Positions 1-13,573 of a DNA stretch of 64,000 bases are shown piece by piece. Origin of the DNA: Ramazzottius varieornatus (taxonomy: Eukaryota > Animalia > Tardigrada); assembly GCA_001949185.1 (NCBI GenBank), contig BDGG01000016.1, positions 62,001 to 126,000 of the forward strand, in the 5' to 3' direction. Position 1 is the first letter of the stretch. Each line of letters begins with the position of its first letter. The position numbers were made by a program, and so were the translations under genes. The notes under the pieces are model-generated. The model made no database searches. It was not told the DNA's origin and saw only the letters and a program-made list of their open reading frames with translations.

Positions 1-1229
1 TGACTTCTCCCCGTGTATTGACCAGGATGTTTGATGGCTTGATATCTACAAGGGAAGCATCATGCGGTCTCGTTAGCAGAGTTTCGAGGCTAGTAAACGA
101 TATAGGAAAATTTTCTGACACCTGCAAACAGCAAGCCTGTTATAATGGGTAGCTCGCAAGTATGCAAGTGAACGAAAACGAAGCGGGTTTTGAGTCCCGA
201 CTTCCCAGATAAATTTTCCATATTTTCCAAAAGCCGGCTTTTGGAGAGAATCATTAACCCTCCTACCTCGATGCAGGATATTGTGCTTTTCTTTCAGGTA
301 GATCAAGCCCTTCAGGACGCAGGTGGTTATTTTCCCTAGAATGTCTTCTGGTACACGAATTCCTCGCCGTAAAATCTGATCCAATGATCCCCCATCCTTA
401 ATCAACAGAACGGCTTTAAGTTGTCATATTCTTCGGACCGCCAAGATGGAAAACTGCGATACGAATATCCACTAACCATGTATTCCATTAAGATACTGAT
501 TTCCCCGTTATCGTAGAAGGCTCCGTAGAACCCCACAATGTAAGGGGAGTTGCATTCGTGGAGGATCTTCAATTCTGTTATGATCTGGTTGCGAATGGCC
601 GGCTTCACCTCCAGATGTATCAACTGTAATTAAGATAAGGCTACAGCACAGCATTTAATACGTTGCACGATGAGAAACGAGGGAATATGCTGTACGTGTC
701 AAAATGGAAGCGTGGCAAACAACTCGATTTCCCAAGTGGCGCACGCATTCTAATGTAACTGGCTGAATGCGCGCGCCACTGGAAAAACGATCGTGTTGGG
801 CTTGTTCCCAGCTGCCAAGTGTACCTTTCGAGCCATCTCTAGCTGTGATGGTCGATGTCGAACACGAAGCACCACGCCACCGCTACCTACTCCTAGTTCA
901 CCCAGCTTGTCTAGCTCGTCGGCATGAATTTCTCCCATCTTCTGCTTCAACTCCAGGAAGCTCTGAAGACGCTTGCGCTGCAATGTATCCAGTTCCAGCT
1001 CGGCTTCCGCATCGACAGCACCCACGCTCCCTTGCGTTACGGTCTTGTCCCGGTCAACATCGGCAGCTGCTGCCAACAGGTCAAGATCGCCTCCCCCTGC
1101 ACCACCGCTACTGCAACGAAAAACACCTGTCTGCACACGGATCAGGTACAACATATGGAAGAAGGAAAAGAGGGCTTACTTGGGTAACGTCAATCCTGGC
1201 CGAGGCTTCTTCTTTCCCACGGCAGCCAT
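1..1229 (-). CDS. MAP2K1: Dual-specificity MAP kinase kinase 1/2 (MEK1/2, Dsor1-like); runs off the window start
   Basis: ATG at 1229 gives [16 protein letters not shown] (ERK-docking D-site). Exons ~1180-1229, 825-1110, 477-623, ~268-396. Motifs [53 protein letters not shown] and [16 protein letters not shown]. Confidence 0.95.
705..813. repeat. Intronic palindromic MITE-like element, copy in MAP2K1 intron 624-824
   Basis: AGTGGCGCAC 735-744 / GCGCGCCACT 771-780, 26-nt spacer. Confidence 0.85.
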
Positions 1230-1620
1230 TTCGACACAGAATGTCCTTCGGTTACAGGAAGGTCAGAAGCCGCCTGACATCCAACGTATGACTATATACG
1301 AGAGACGAGACAAGTCCAAACTCCAGAGATCGACGAAAATAACGAACGAAGACGAAACTCGAAAGTCACGAAATCTTTCCTGTTTCATGGGATCGCTGGG
1401 ACTTTTTTGTGACGTCATTTACACAGCTGATTCAAAAAGTTAAAGTCTCTTAGAACTTCAGACGAGCCGCCGTTAGTTCATTCTTTCGTCTTTTAATTTT
1501 CGAGTTTTCGATTTGCGAATTACGATTTACGAGTCTGCTGATTCTTCTTTAAATCTCTTGTGGCCCAAATTGTGGGAGGTGCCGGTCGACGAGCGTACGT
1601 GATCTTCCGAATCCGAATAA

Positions 1621-2618
1621 ATGTCTGAGGAGACTACATCGGCGTATTTTGTTAAGAAGCGACGGAAGCAGACGACGAGCGGTTCCGGTGATGACGATCT
1701 TAGCGCCCAGGTTGCCTTTCAACCTACTCTTTCGAATTCGACATTTGGTGGTGCCATCACCATGCTTCCCTCGAAATTCTACGCCAAGCCCTGCCACGAG
1801 CTCGCTAAGGCGCTGTTAGGCAAAATCCTGGTGAGGCAGCTTCCTGGCGGCGAGCTGCTAAAGGGACGCATAGTGGAGACTGAAGGTAGCAGACCGTACA
1901 GTAGATTCTTCCCTTTGAAAACGACACGGAATATATCTGTCAGATATCTTCTTCTTGCAGCCTATCCCGGAGAGACGGATCGTGCTAGTCATTCATTCAA
2001 AGGTAAAACTCCCCGCAATGCTGCCATGTACGCCAAAGCCGGGACCGCCTATGTGTACTTTATATATGGCATGTACCACAATCTCAACGTCAGCGCCCTG
2101 GGTAAGTTCCCTGTTCTGATAACGAAGCTGCGAAACATTCCGTTCAAATTGCTGTTCTGATAGAGCCAGGAGCCGGTGTTTTGATCCGCGGTGTGGAACC
2201 GACGGAGGGCATAGAGACGATGCGAACACTACGGAAGAGTGGTGAACAACTAAGAGTCCACCAGTTGTGTAACGGACCTGGCAAGATCTGTCAGGCCTTT
2301 AGCATCCTGACGGCTACACACAACTTTCACGATTTGACTGCCGGTCAGGAACTCTGGCTGGAAGAAGGTATCCCGTCAGAACAGGATGTACCAATGGATG
2401 TTGTCGAGGCGAGCAGGATAGGCATTGCAGGATATGGTGCAGAATGGGCGCAGAAACTATGGAGGTATTACGTACGGGATTCCGAACACGTTAGTAAGCG
2501 TGACAAGGCGCAAGAACTCAAACAGTTCCGTAAAAATGCTCAAGGAACTTCGAGTAACAAGAAGACGTCGCAGGAAAGAAGTCGTAAACTTTCAGCTGAA
2601 GGGTTAGATGAACGGTGA
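1621..2618 (+). CDS. MPG: DNA-3-methyladenine glycosylase (MPG/AAG)
   Basis: Exons ~1621-1885, 1961-2101, 2164-2618. Motifs LAKALLGKILVR, GRIVETEAY, AYVYFIYGMYHNLNVS, VLIRGVEP, LCNGPGKICQAF and SRIGI. Confidence 0.93.
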
Positions 2619-2836
2619 AAGTCAGAAAATTTCGATAGACGGACAGATAAGTTTTGATCTCTCACTGTAAGTTGTTTCACATTACAGCTCGTCCATGCTT
2701 CCTAATTTCTCATAATATTAACGCAGAGCAGATTTATCTAATACGAAGAAGTTTTACTCTGAGAAACGGTAACTTGACATGCTGTTCAAAAAAGGAGGAT
2801 AAAAGAGACAGTGAAAAAGCAGACGACTGCTAGCGA

Positions 2837-4672
2837 TCAGTCGAAATCCAAATCAGCTTGCAGATTTTCTTTCATCTTCGAATCGGCTGAAGATGTCAAA
2901 GTGTCTTGCGAAGAACTGGTCGATGGGGCTTCTTTCTTGAACATACCAGCTAATCAAATGAAGACACATTACAATACACAACATAGACACATGGTCATAG
3001 AGCTCTCCCGCCCTATTCGCGAGAACACTCGCGAATAGGGCGGAAAAAGTGGAGTAAAATACCACATGACGTACCTAACAGTCCTTGTAATGGACCGGAA
3101 GATGATGGAAGAGCGATGCCCAGGTAAATCTGTCCAATCCTCGTTAACAGCTACGAAATGCAAAACAATCTTTCACAGTAACCGGACTTCACTGCATGGA
3201 GCTACAAAGAAACGATTACTATGGCTTTCGCACCTTATCGACCCGCTGGTCCGGCTCGAAGATCTCCGTTATGGCCGCCTGGACTGGGCGATACTCTTCC
3301 TCCGTGGCGTTCCCACTGCAATGACATGATGTCAAGACACAAGACCGAGGTACCTTAAGAGTAGATGATCTCTTGGAACAAATGTACCTCTTGGAACAAA
3401 GGGAGAGAAGGGCCGACAGTAGAGCTAGTATTCGGAAGTTGTACAGCTTGGTCCTGACTTCCGCGTCAGGGTGCTCGGAAATGTACAGCGTAAACAGACG
3501 CTTGGCCACGTCTAACTTTTGCAGAGTGAGAAATCTATGGCACAGAAGCAAGTTAGGAAGCCGGCAAGAGAAATTTGAGGTTTGACTAGAACAAACTCAG
3601 CACTTTAAACGATCACAGCAAAGAGGAAGCAGAGCGTTGTATACCTACTCCATGACGGCAATGGCCAGCAATTTACGATCTGCTGGCTCTTCCGGTACTT
3701 CAACATCGCCATGTTCATCCTTTTCCCGCCCATGATTCTTTTCGTCTTCCGAGGTCTTGAGCGCCTGAAGTGTCCGCAGGCACGATGCAGGATCCAGAGC
3801 TCGTACAGCATGGTACAATGCTAGTTCATAATTCTTCTCTGGAACGCAAAGAAGAAGTTTCACCATTAGTTTGCGTCTTCAAGACTCCGAATTCCTAATC
3901 GTATTTCAGCCTCATGAAAAATCAGAATATCACCGCGCCCTCACAGCAGCATAATCGTACGTACCATCAAAGAGGATGCGTGCAATTTCGGCGTGAATAG
4001 CAGTATGTCCAGCTTTCGTCTCGGGATTTCTCTTCTGCGACCAACTGGTCACCAAATTCAAGAGCAAGCCGCGATCATTAGGCAGGTCGGCCGGAATAGC
4101 CTTATATATTCTCCCAATAGTGCCTACAAGGACAAGAACGCGTCCATTTCAGCCTTGAACCTTCATGCGCGAAGTTCCGGGACGTCGTCGTCGGAGCATA
4201 CGTGGGAACCATCAGGTACATACGTAAATATTTACCTTACCGGTAATTTCTTGCGTGACGGGTAAATTTCCTTTCTCCAGTACTTCGGCATACATCCGAG
4301 CCAGGTCAATCCCACTTTGATTCTGCAAGAATCTTCATTTTAACGCTGAACATGGCAAGTGAACGACCTAATCCAATCTATGCACTTTGTTGTGTACAGC
4401 ATAAATTGAACACAAAAGTAAGTCACGTCGCCATCTCACCAGGTTCAAACGCAGGAATGTTAGACAGCCCTCGGAAAGAAGGTCGGCCAACTGCTGATAC
4501 TTTTTCTGCCGAAGTAACCTGCAACCACAACATGCAATACGGTTCGTGGGTAGGATAGTGGACTTCATCCTCACCGGAAGTTGATGCTCTTATATATCTG
4601 GTGCGCCTCGTAAAAATCCTGCTTCTCGAATGCCGACTGCAGAGATGCTCCGATTTTATCCGATGGATCCAT
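2837..4672 (-). CDS. GET4: Golgi-to-ER traffic protein 4 (GET4/TRC35)
   Basis: ATG at 4672 gives MDPSDKIGASLQSAFEKQDFYEAHQIYKSINFR (GET4 YEAHQ motif). Later exons encode FLTLQKLDVAKRLFTLYISEHP and LLTRIGQIYLG; the last exon ends ...QADLDFD* at 2837. Confidence 0.85.
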
Positions 4673-5219
4673 TGCAGCTGTTCCTTCGACTCGTCAGACT
4701 CGTCTAGGCAATAATCATGTTTCCCACTAGTAAGAGAGCAGGAACGAGAAGGATGTGGATGAGTCAGGATGACTGCCGCCTGCTCGGAAGTCCTGACTCT
4801 TGGAACGATTAAAAGTTTAGTTCTGGCTTTCCATTAACGAGTTTGCGGTACGTCAGAGATGGCTCTAATCGATATGGGAGGTGGGTTGTATTGGTAGCGG
4901 GCGGTCTGCATGACTCACCGATGATGTGTATGTGTCACGAGGGTGCGATTATGCGAACAGCAGAAAATTTTCTTTAAAGCAAACCAGTTTTCTTCTCGCG
5001 TCTTCGGAAGTTGAACCATCATTCTTCGCCAAGTTCGTTTGGCCATCAAGTAGCCTGTAGCAGTATACATCTAGCTGTTTGGGGCTGTCTGTGATCCTGA
5101 CCTTGTGATTCGAACTTGCAACAGCAGCGGATCCTTTTGGCGATTCGAGCGCATTCGTCGCCTGGATTAGGAGGATCGCTCTTAGCTAACAGGATAACTT
5201 CACCTTAGGTGTCAGCTTG

Positions 5220-8200
5220 ATGCCGTATCCCGGTAGTTTGAACGCCAGCAGCGACATCCAGTTATGGGGCCGTGATGTCAAAGTGTGGCAGGACCTCTCC
5301 AGCTCTCCTCCAACGTCCACACCAGCCGCCGTCCCTGTAGAGGGGAGTCTTCCTCCACCCACCGCGATGAACGCCGACAGCAGCAGCAGTCCTGTCGATC
5401 GTTCGCCGTGTTCTTCGGAAGAGGAAGAAGAAGCGGGCAATGATGCCTCTTCATCCAAGTCGCCCAACAACCCTCTGGAATGTACGGGGAAGCTGTATAA
5501 GTGGACCAACTACTTTCATGGCTGGCAGGATCGTTATATCGTCCTTCGCAATGGCTGTCTCAGCTACTACAAGACACCCAACGATCAGTCCCTCGGATGC
5601 CGTGGTGCTCTGAACATCCGCCAAGCCGTTATCCAGGTGAACCTTCACTCCTCATTTCTGGTCTTTTTTCTTATGTATTACGCATGTCGAAGGTAGCTTG
5701 ATTCGTCCACTATTATAGCCAGTTGTTTCATGAAGTGGATGTTTGTTATTCGTTTCGTCAGGAGAGCAACTGTTTGAGCCGAAGAAGCGAAGGATGGTAA
5801 TGCAGGAGAGAGAAGTCAGATGGGAGGAGGGAGGAATTTTGGATGTTGTTATAAGGTTAAATTTAGCTCCGAATTCGAGAACTTGAGCTGCCCAAGATCA
5901 ACTTGAGGCTGACTTCGTTGACATTGATTAAGCGTGACATATCTTCGGGATGAGGGAAGATTCTGTTACCTCAGCATGTGGCTCTGCTGATGGCAGCAGA
6001 CTCTCTTACGTCTGCTAAATTAGGTATGCAACAGTTATCGGAGGCTAGACAAGAATGAAGGGAGGGAATAAGCGAAGGGAGGACAAAGTCTATGTTGACG
6101 TTTAAGTGCACTTTGGAGTAGCCATTGTACACGTAAGGCAGGACAGTGAGTTCGCTTATGATCTAATGAATGAATTAATGGCCAAGGAGTAAGTATAGGT
6201 AAGGCTAGTGCTGTAGATAATAGACAAACCGCATTCCAACAAGAGATTAAATAATAATTAATACCGTAATTCTTATTGCTTCCAGGCTCACGAATTTGAC
6301 GTTTGCCGCTTCGATGTGACGGTCAACGAGAACCTGTGGTACTTGCGAGCTGAAACTGCCGAAGAACGAGATCGATGGATCACCGCACTGCAAGAGCACA
6401 AGGTATACGAGTATGTTTTGAAGTATCTTAATCCGTCCACATTTCCTTTCTGCTAGGGCTTCTGCGTCGAGTTCAGGTTTAACATTACGACTACGCTAAC
6501 ATGTCAGATCGACCTGGCTGAACTACACTAGCACTGTTCGTGATTAGATGAGGCCAGTTAAGCACGCACCACTTTGGAACAAACCAGGGAATCCTGACGG
6601 GAACCTGGAAGCGTGAGCTTTTAATAGAGCCCGTACATCCATGTGTAGGCACAGAGTGCGTTCGGTGCGAGTTTTTCGGGCTAGCTAAACATACCGTCAG
6701 AAACACATTAGAACAGGTAAACTACGCCATAATGTAGTCGGCCGTCATATGACACGACTGAGCTGCATATTTCACGGTGAAGGTGAACTACAGTGCTGGA
6801 TCGACAACCATCATTCACCTTCCTACATAGTGAAGCATACCTGACACACAATGGAATCATGCGGTACATCATAATACTTTTTCGTACTCTGCAAAAAATG
6901 CCCATTCTGTCGGATGAAATAAGCTCTCTTTTGCAAATCAGAGGAAATGAGGAATGCAAACAGAGGGGGGCGTGTACTTTTTGGCACGATCAGTACCTTG
7001 ATAAGTGAGGTAATTGCATGTTGGATCTTTATGGATCTAGATGATACTGGAGTCGGGATACGGAAGCGAGAGTAGCCTACGCCGCCATGGATCAATACTC
7101 TCCCTCACCTCCGCAGCCAGCCTTTCTACGGCTTCCAGCTCTTCCCACAAGGTGAGCTTCGTACCTTGTTTTGATGAAATGAACAGCTATCGATCTCACC
7201 TGGCTTGTTCGAACACAACCGGAAGTGCCAACAGGGGGATCGATAGGGTGACGGACCTATGAACTTGATGCTATTGGATAGCAGTGTGTATGCCTAATCC
7301 GCCATCTATGTTTAGACGGGCAAGGCTCTGCAAGAGAAGCTGGCGGAAATGGAGACATTCAAAGATATCCTGACGCGACAAGTGGACACACTGCAGACAT
7401 ACTTTGACACCTGTGCCGGCACACTGGCGGCTCACAAGGCCGAAACGCACAAGCTGGAGAATGGCGCCGGTGATTTTGAAAGCAGTGACGAGGAGCTGGA
7501 CGAAACACTGCGAGCACACGACAAGGAGCACCACTGTCATAATCATATGCTACCTCGTGAGTCCCGGACATTGGCCTGTTCTTTCGGGTGCCCTGAGTTG
7601 TGACCGTCGTTTTGCTATACAGATTCCGTACCGTTGGACGTCATGTTACAACATGGCCATCACGGACCAGACTTCAAGGGTGAGGCCATCACCTTTCGGG
7701 CTACCACCACCGGTCTGCTGGAGATTGTCCGCCACTGCTTGGACCTCATGACTCAACGCGAGGACTGCTTGAAGCGTAAACTTGAGAAGGTTGGTCCTTT
7801 TTACGCGCCTCGATGTCAAGGCGGTACCTGAAAGTTATGACTATAAAAGCTCGGCGAACGAACTCGGCAAGATTGTTGTCCCAAGTAGCGCACGCTTTCA
7901 GTCAAAAATATCGACAACATGCGTCACTTGGAAAACGAGCTTGTCTGTTTTCCCAAGTGGCGCACCCTTTCACTGTTATTGGCTAGAAGCGTGCGCCACT
8001 TGGAATTTGATCTTGTCGACCTTGTTTGCCGAGCTTGCACATCCTGAACTCGTCCTATCTTTCTCGATCAATGAGTAATATGGGTGGAACGTCTGTAGGA
8101 AGTAGAACGGCGAAAAAAGATAGATTTGATGTATCGCGAAACGACAGAGGTTGTACGAGGTCTCCAGCAGCAATTGGCCAAGCAGCGACTGTGTGCTGGT

Positions 8201-9435
8201 CCCGAGTACGAAGAAGGTCCCCACAGCGCCATCAAGGAGGATGAATTCTTCGATGCCGTGGAAACGGCGCTGGATAAGCAGGAACGCGAGCTGGACCAAC
8301 GCCTAGGCGCCTCCAGCAGCCCCGGCCATCCTCATGTCCATAACGCCAAAGATAGCAACTCCTCCATGAAGCCGCAGCAGCTCAGTCTTATTTCGCCCGC
8401 ACAGGCCGACGATATATGGGAAGAAATTGAAGAGGTACGCGTTTTATGTTGCATGGAGACTGTTGATTCCTTATCGCGCGATTATCTTTTATTCTTCGGT
8501 GTCTGTTGCAGGTAACGACGGAACAGTTCAAATACGCTTTTCTGGGTGTAGGCGAAGGAGGATGGCAGCTCTTCAACGAGGATGGCGAGATGAAGATGTA
8601 CAAGCGGGAGGAGGAAAAGGATGGTCTGGTGGTCGATCCCCTCAAGGCTCAACACTGCGTCCGAGGCTTTACCGCCCATGAAATGTGCCATTACTTTTTC
8701 AGCCCCGATGTCCGCATGGAATGGGAGTGTAAGATTTCACGGACTCTACCTTTATTTTCTTCGATGTGTTTGCGCATGTTGGGTCTGTTGTAGTTACGGT
8801 GGATAACATGAAAGTTGTGGAAAAGTTACGGGACGACACGTTAATCTTTCACCAGATTCACAAGCGAGTTTGGCCAGCCGCCCAGCGCGATGCCCTCTTT
8901 TGGTCGCACATCCGTAAAGGCGACCTGAGCGGCAGTGAGAACAAGGAGAACAGTAACAACAGCGGTGATAACAACAGCAAGCTGGTTGCCGTTAACAGTT
9001 GGATCGTCTGTAACCATTCCGTCGATGTCCCGCCTGTTCCCGTATGCTGTTCATTCTATTACCTACTCTTTAGTCTTGTGTTTATGTGTCGCTTGTTCTA
9101 CAGACAGGGAAATGTTTACGGGTCGTGCTGACCATCTCGCTGACCTGTCAGACCTTTGTGGACGCTTCCGTATCGCATCTGCCACCCGAGCAAATTTCTC
9201 GTGATCACATCACCACCAAGATTATCTACTGTGCCACTGGTGAGACTCGCTATTTTGATTTTCTGTCGGCTACTGTTTAACCAATGTGGCTTTCTTGTAT
9301 CTTGTAGTTAATCCTGGAGGATGGGCGCCGGCGTCGGTCTTGCGAGCAGTGTATAAGCGCGAATATCCAAAGTTTCTCAAACGGTTTACTCAATATGTCA
9401 AAGAGCAAACGGATAATAAGACGGTGCTGTGGTAG
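5220..9435 (+). CDS. CERT1: Ceramide transfer protein (PH domain, serine-repeat motif, FFAT motif, START domain)
   Basis: PH domain [17 protein letters not shown]; SR motif [19 protein letters not shown]; [15 protein letters not shown]; FFAT motif EDEFFDAVE; START domain [11 protein letters not shown] and [27 protein letters not shown]. About 10 exons. The start may be 5220 or 5367. Confidence 0.95.
7847..8036. repeat. Palindromic element, double (two-hairpin) copy in a CERT1 intron
   Basis: Termini AAGCTCGGC...GCCGAGCTT. Cores 7884/7919 and 7956/7991, both with 25-nt spacers. Confidence 0.9.
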
Positions 9436-11288
9436 CTGGAGAATGCTTTTTTAATTCGATTCTTCCTGCCAAAGTTGACGATCTGCGACGATGTGTACAG
9501 TATGGAGGCCCAGACTGCTTTATTTATAATATTATACTACTCTCGAGATCTACAGGACAGATTTGCATGTACTATTTTGAGTTCTGATTTTGGTCTGTGA
9601 CCTCTGAGTTTACATGACTTCTTGAATGCGAAGTAAGTTTTTATTCAAAGATCCAGGTACACTGCTGTTGCGACTTGCGAGTCAGAACTGCTACTGAAAT
9701 ATGCATCTCGGAAACCGCGCAGGGAAGAGACTACAGTACAGTACACGAGCTATTACAGACATCAAGTTGCCACCGCCAGATGAAAGTCCCACTGTAGCTA
9801 AGATGAGTTGCAACGTCACTTATAAGCGCAGCAGCTGATCAGAACTTTGAATAATTTGGGCAGCCACCATGCTTCTCTATGCTAGCCAACCGTAACCCCA
9901 ATTACGCTATTTTCGAAAATAAGGGGAGCTACGGAAAGCAAAATGTAGTTACACGTCACGAAAGGGGCGGAGCAAGGCCGTAGCTACAGTTGCAAAGTGA
10001 ACGGGAGTGGCAACTCAATCTATAATTGTCCGGCCCGCGTCGTTGAAAACGTGAACTACGGTTAGGAATGAAATCGGTCTGAATGGACACTACCGTTTTC
10101 GCGACGATTTGCAGCACGATACAGTTTTTATGAATGGGAAGATGAGCATTGTTGCCGTGTGCTGTATTTCTTCTTTGTAGTCACCCGTCGTGGGGTCGGT
10201 TACGCAAAAAAAAGGAGGTAAAGTTAGGACGTTAAAGTTAGGACGTTTCATCGTCGTCCATATAGAAGATCTTGGTTTCGCTGGACCAAGTTGCAATTCC
10301 ACTGTTGGATTCTCGCGACATCGTCACGGACATGTGTTTTCGGAAACTGCGGCTGATAAGCCAAGTGCGTTACAGCTTTTTCCAGCCGCTGAAGGTCTTT
10401 CGTTCTTTCCAGTTTTCACGGCCCTTCGTCCACCGTGATGCGTCTGCTTTCTCCTAGTTCATGAGAGAAACTCTGAATGAAGGTTTTTCACACAACGTTT
10501 CAAGCTAGTTCGCGGGAGGAACTTACCTCGCGACAGTTCGCGCTAGGACTTACCTCGCGACTTACGCGAGTTGAGACAGATGTCCCTTGTCAGAAACAAG
10601 TCCGCTGTCCGCGATGTCTTGCGTTTTACTTTTTGCTCACGTAAGTCGTCGTATCCCTTCTGTCAATATAGTCGAAGAAAAACTGGCCTGAATGGAATCG
10701 GCTTGGCCACCTGATTTATGTCTGGATAAATTCAAGTGTAGCCACTGGCCCACTGGTCAGTAGAGGACCCAGGGCTCGTTGTTTCGCCTGGGGGCTCTCA
10801 CTTCCGCAGTGATAATACAGTTTGTATGCTTACCGAATAGCCTTCCAAGGCCTCCGCCGAATACGTCCCCGGCAAGCCATTCGGACGGTGGCATTCCTAC
10901 ATTGATTGACGAATAACGATCGAGATTCGAGATCGACTCTTCGTTAAAAAAACAGTTTAATATTCCTCCAACTGTGATTTTTCCTCTCCTGCTGTGTTAA
11001 CGCCACAGAACCCCCTTACTGCGTTCCTCGTCACGCTGGTTTGGCAGCTTTTTGATATCAGAGAGCTGACGCTCAGGTTATTCCGTTGCAGGAACTAGAA
11101 AGTGGGACTTTCCGGAGGAAACTTGTCGATGGTGTTGCCGAGGACAGGCATATATACCGTACACGTACTATATTGGCTCTAACTACGATGCATCGTCCAT
11201 CTGCCATCGCAATGTGCTAGAGGGAGGAAGCTGTTCCTTTCGCGGGAAGCTGGCGTTGCTGACAATCTGGACTTTACCGAGCTGAAGG

Positions 11289-13119
11289 ATGCCTACCACC
11301 AATGCATCGACATTACAGCCGTCGCACCACAATAGCAATGTTCCTGGACCGCGTACTCTTCTAGACTCTTCACAACGCGAAAATGCAGGGATAACATGCC
11401 GGGATGTCTGCTGGCTCTTTTGCTGTCCACCTTGGCCATCCTCCATCGCAGGTATGTTTTCCTTTCGCTAACCTTGAGAGCAGCATGCTATATATTAAGC
11501 TCCATTTATGAATGTGTGTGTGTTTGACTAGTTTATTGTGAAACAACGGTCGAATCCGTTCTGCAGTCTTATGGGAATAATCACTAGTCAAACAAATGAG
11601 GTTTTGGAATAAGTTTTACATGCTGTAGGCTAATCCAGTGTTATTGTATGTTGCAGCCAAGTTAGCCTTCGTCCCACCGGAAGCTAGTTACAAGCTGGCG
11701 GTAACAGCGCTCAACGAGGAGACTCCGAGGACAACTAGCAACGGAGAAAGATTCAATATCGCCCTGAACGATCCTCTAGACTGGCACTTCGTCCCTCGTG
11801 ATCTGGACGGTATTGATGCCTTCTTGGCGCCGACATCGCGGGGCGAGAAGGTAGCCTGCATGTACATGCGGATACACCCCGATGCCAGGTGGACCATGCT
11901 CTTTAGCCACGGCAATGCCGTCGATCTGGGGCAAATGTGCTCTTTCTACTGGGCACTGGGTAAACGTTTAGGGGTGAATATTTTCAGCTACGATTACAGC
12001 GGTTATGGGATGAGCAGTGGTGCCCCATCGGAGCAAAACGTCTATAGTGATATCGACGGTGCATGGAAAGCCCTCCAGAAACGCTACGGCATCAAGGCCG
12101 AGAATGTCATCCTCTATGGCCAGTCCATCGGGACTGTGGCTACTGTCGATCTGGCCGCCAAGGAAAAGTTCGGTGGTGTCATTCTGCACGGGACGTTGGC
12201 CTCCGGTCTGCGTGTGGCCTTCCCGGAAACACGCCGTAATTGGTTCTTTGATGTCTTTAAAAGGTGAGAGATGTGCTCTTCTTTTGCTTTCTTTACCCTC
12301 CGTTAACCTTCCAAGACAGGTAAAATTTACTCGAGCTGTATGACCGGAATGATAAACGAGTAGCGTAATGTTAGGAGTCTGCATCTAGTTAGCGGATCGA
12401 CGTCAAATGCCACAGCTTGATGAGCAAAAATCGATTATGCCGCTCGATCGCCGCACGACATCGACTATATACGTAGCATGCCTGCTCTTTTCATTAAAAC
12501 GCACATCTCCCTGAACAAAAGCCAGTGCTGATTGATGTCACTGCTGGCAGGCATGGTAGCACCGCATCTTTCCTCGCTATCTGTTTAACTTTATAATAAA
12601 TTACTCTCCACAAGGAACATAATTTAGGGCTGCAGCAAATAAATTCGCCCAAATCGGTGTTTCAAGTGGCGCACGTTTTAATCACGTGCGCCACTTGGGT
12701 TAAGCTTCATCGTAAGTGGCGCACGTTCGTACTGTTGCTGGCTGATGGCGTGCGTCACTTGGGGTGATTTCATTTGCAGACGCGACATGTAAGATTAACT
12801 GAAACGTGCTCATCAATCGTTGACGTATATATTGACGGATGGTATGATTGGTATCTCTGTATTTTCCAGTATCGACAAGGCGGGCAAGATCCATAGCAAG
12901 ACCCTGGTCATTCATGGATCTGAAGACGAAGTCATTCCCGTGACGCACGGCATTTCGATATACGAGCGTCTACCTCGTGCCGTCGACCCGCTCTTTATCG
13001 AAGGAGCGGGCCATAACGATGTCGAACTTTTTGCCCAGTATTATGATCGCCTCAAACGCTTCATTAATGAAGACCTCGTCCAACAAGATACGCTAGCAGC
13101 AGGCGATGGCCCACCTTGA
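11289..13119 (+). CDS. ABHD17: Alpha/beta hydrolase ABHD17 (depalmitoylase)
   Basis: N-terminal Cys cluster [19 protein letters not shown], then [17 protein letters not shown], nucleophile elbow [14 protein letters not shown] and GAGHNDVE. Exons ~11289-11451, 11657-12263, 12870-13119. Confidence 0.95.
12628..12765. repeat. Palindromic element, double copy in an ABHD17 intron
   Basis: Cores 12665/12686 (11-nt spacer) and 12715/12750 (25-nt spacer). Confidence 0.85.
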
Positions 13120-13573
13120 TCAAATCCTTTCTAGCACGCCCTCACACTCTTTTTACCATTGATCTTCGTTCAATATTCGTACACTGTATTATAACTTCTT
13201 CTTCTTGCTGCCTGACCAAAACTCGTCAGAGATGAAACAATACAAGCTTCTTTCCTGAATCCTGATTGACTTGTTGGCGTTCCAGTTCTTTACCTCCTTC
13301 AGTTCTGAAGTCTGATTGTTGCGGCTGCTATGTTTTTTACTTCCCGTTTACGTATCTCATCCCATTGGCTTCATAGTATGATGCTGTAGACTGGCCCCTT
13401 TGCAGCACGCGTCCTTTTTTACTTTGCTTAGCTCTGTCCGTACCGGTAATTTTTTGCCGATTTTTCCCTGCTTTGTAATCATTCGCTCGTTCTCACTGTA
13501 CAAAACGGAAACCAAAAAAGCTGGAAGAAAACCGGTGAAACAGCCCGCGGACGGAAAGACATGGTGTGGTACT

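Noticed and set aside
3555-3612. GAAGCCGGCAAG resembling the element's left end in a GET4 intron
   Set aside because: No core follows; too degenerate to support.
6500-6585. Possible decayed element in a CERT1 intron (GCACGCACCACTTTGG)
   Set aside because: Only a weak right half is visible, so it was not counted.
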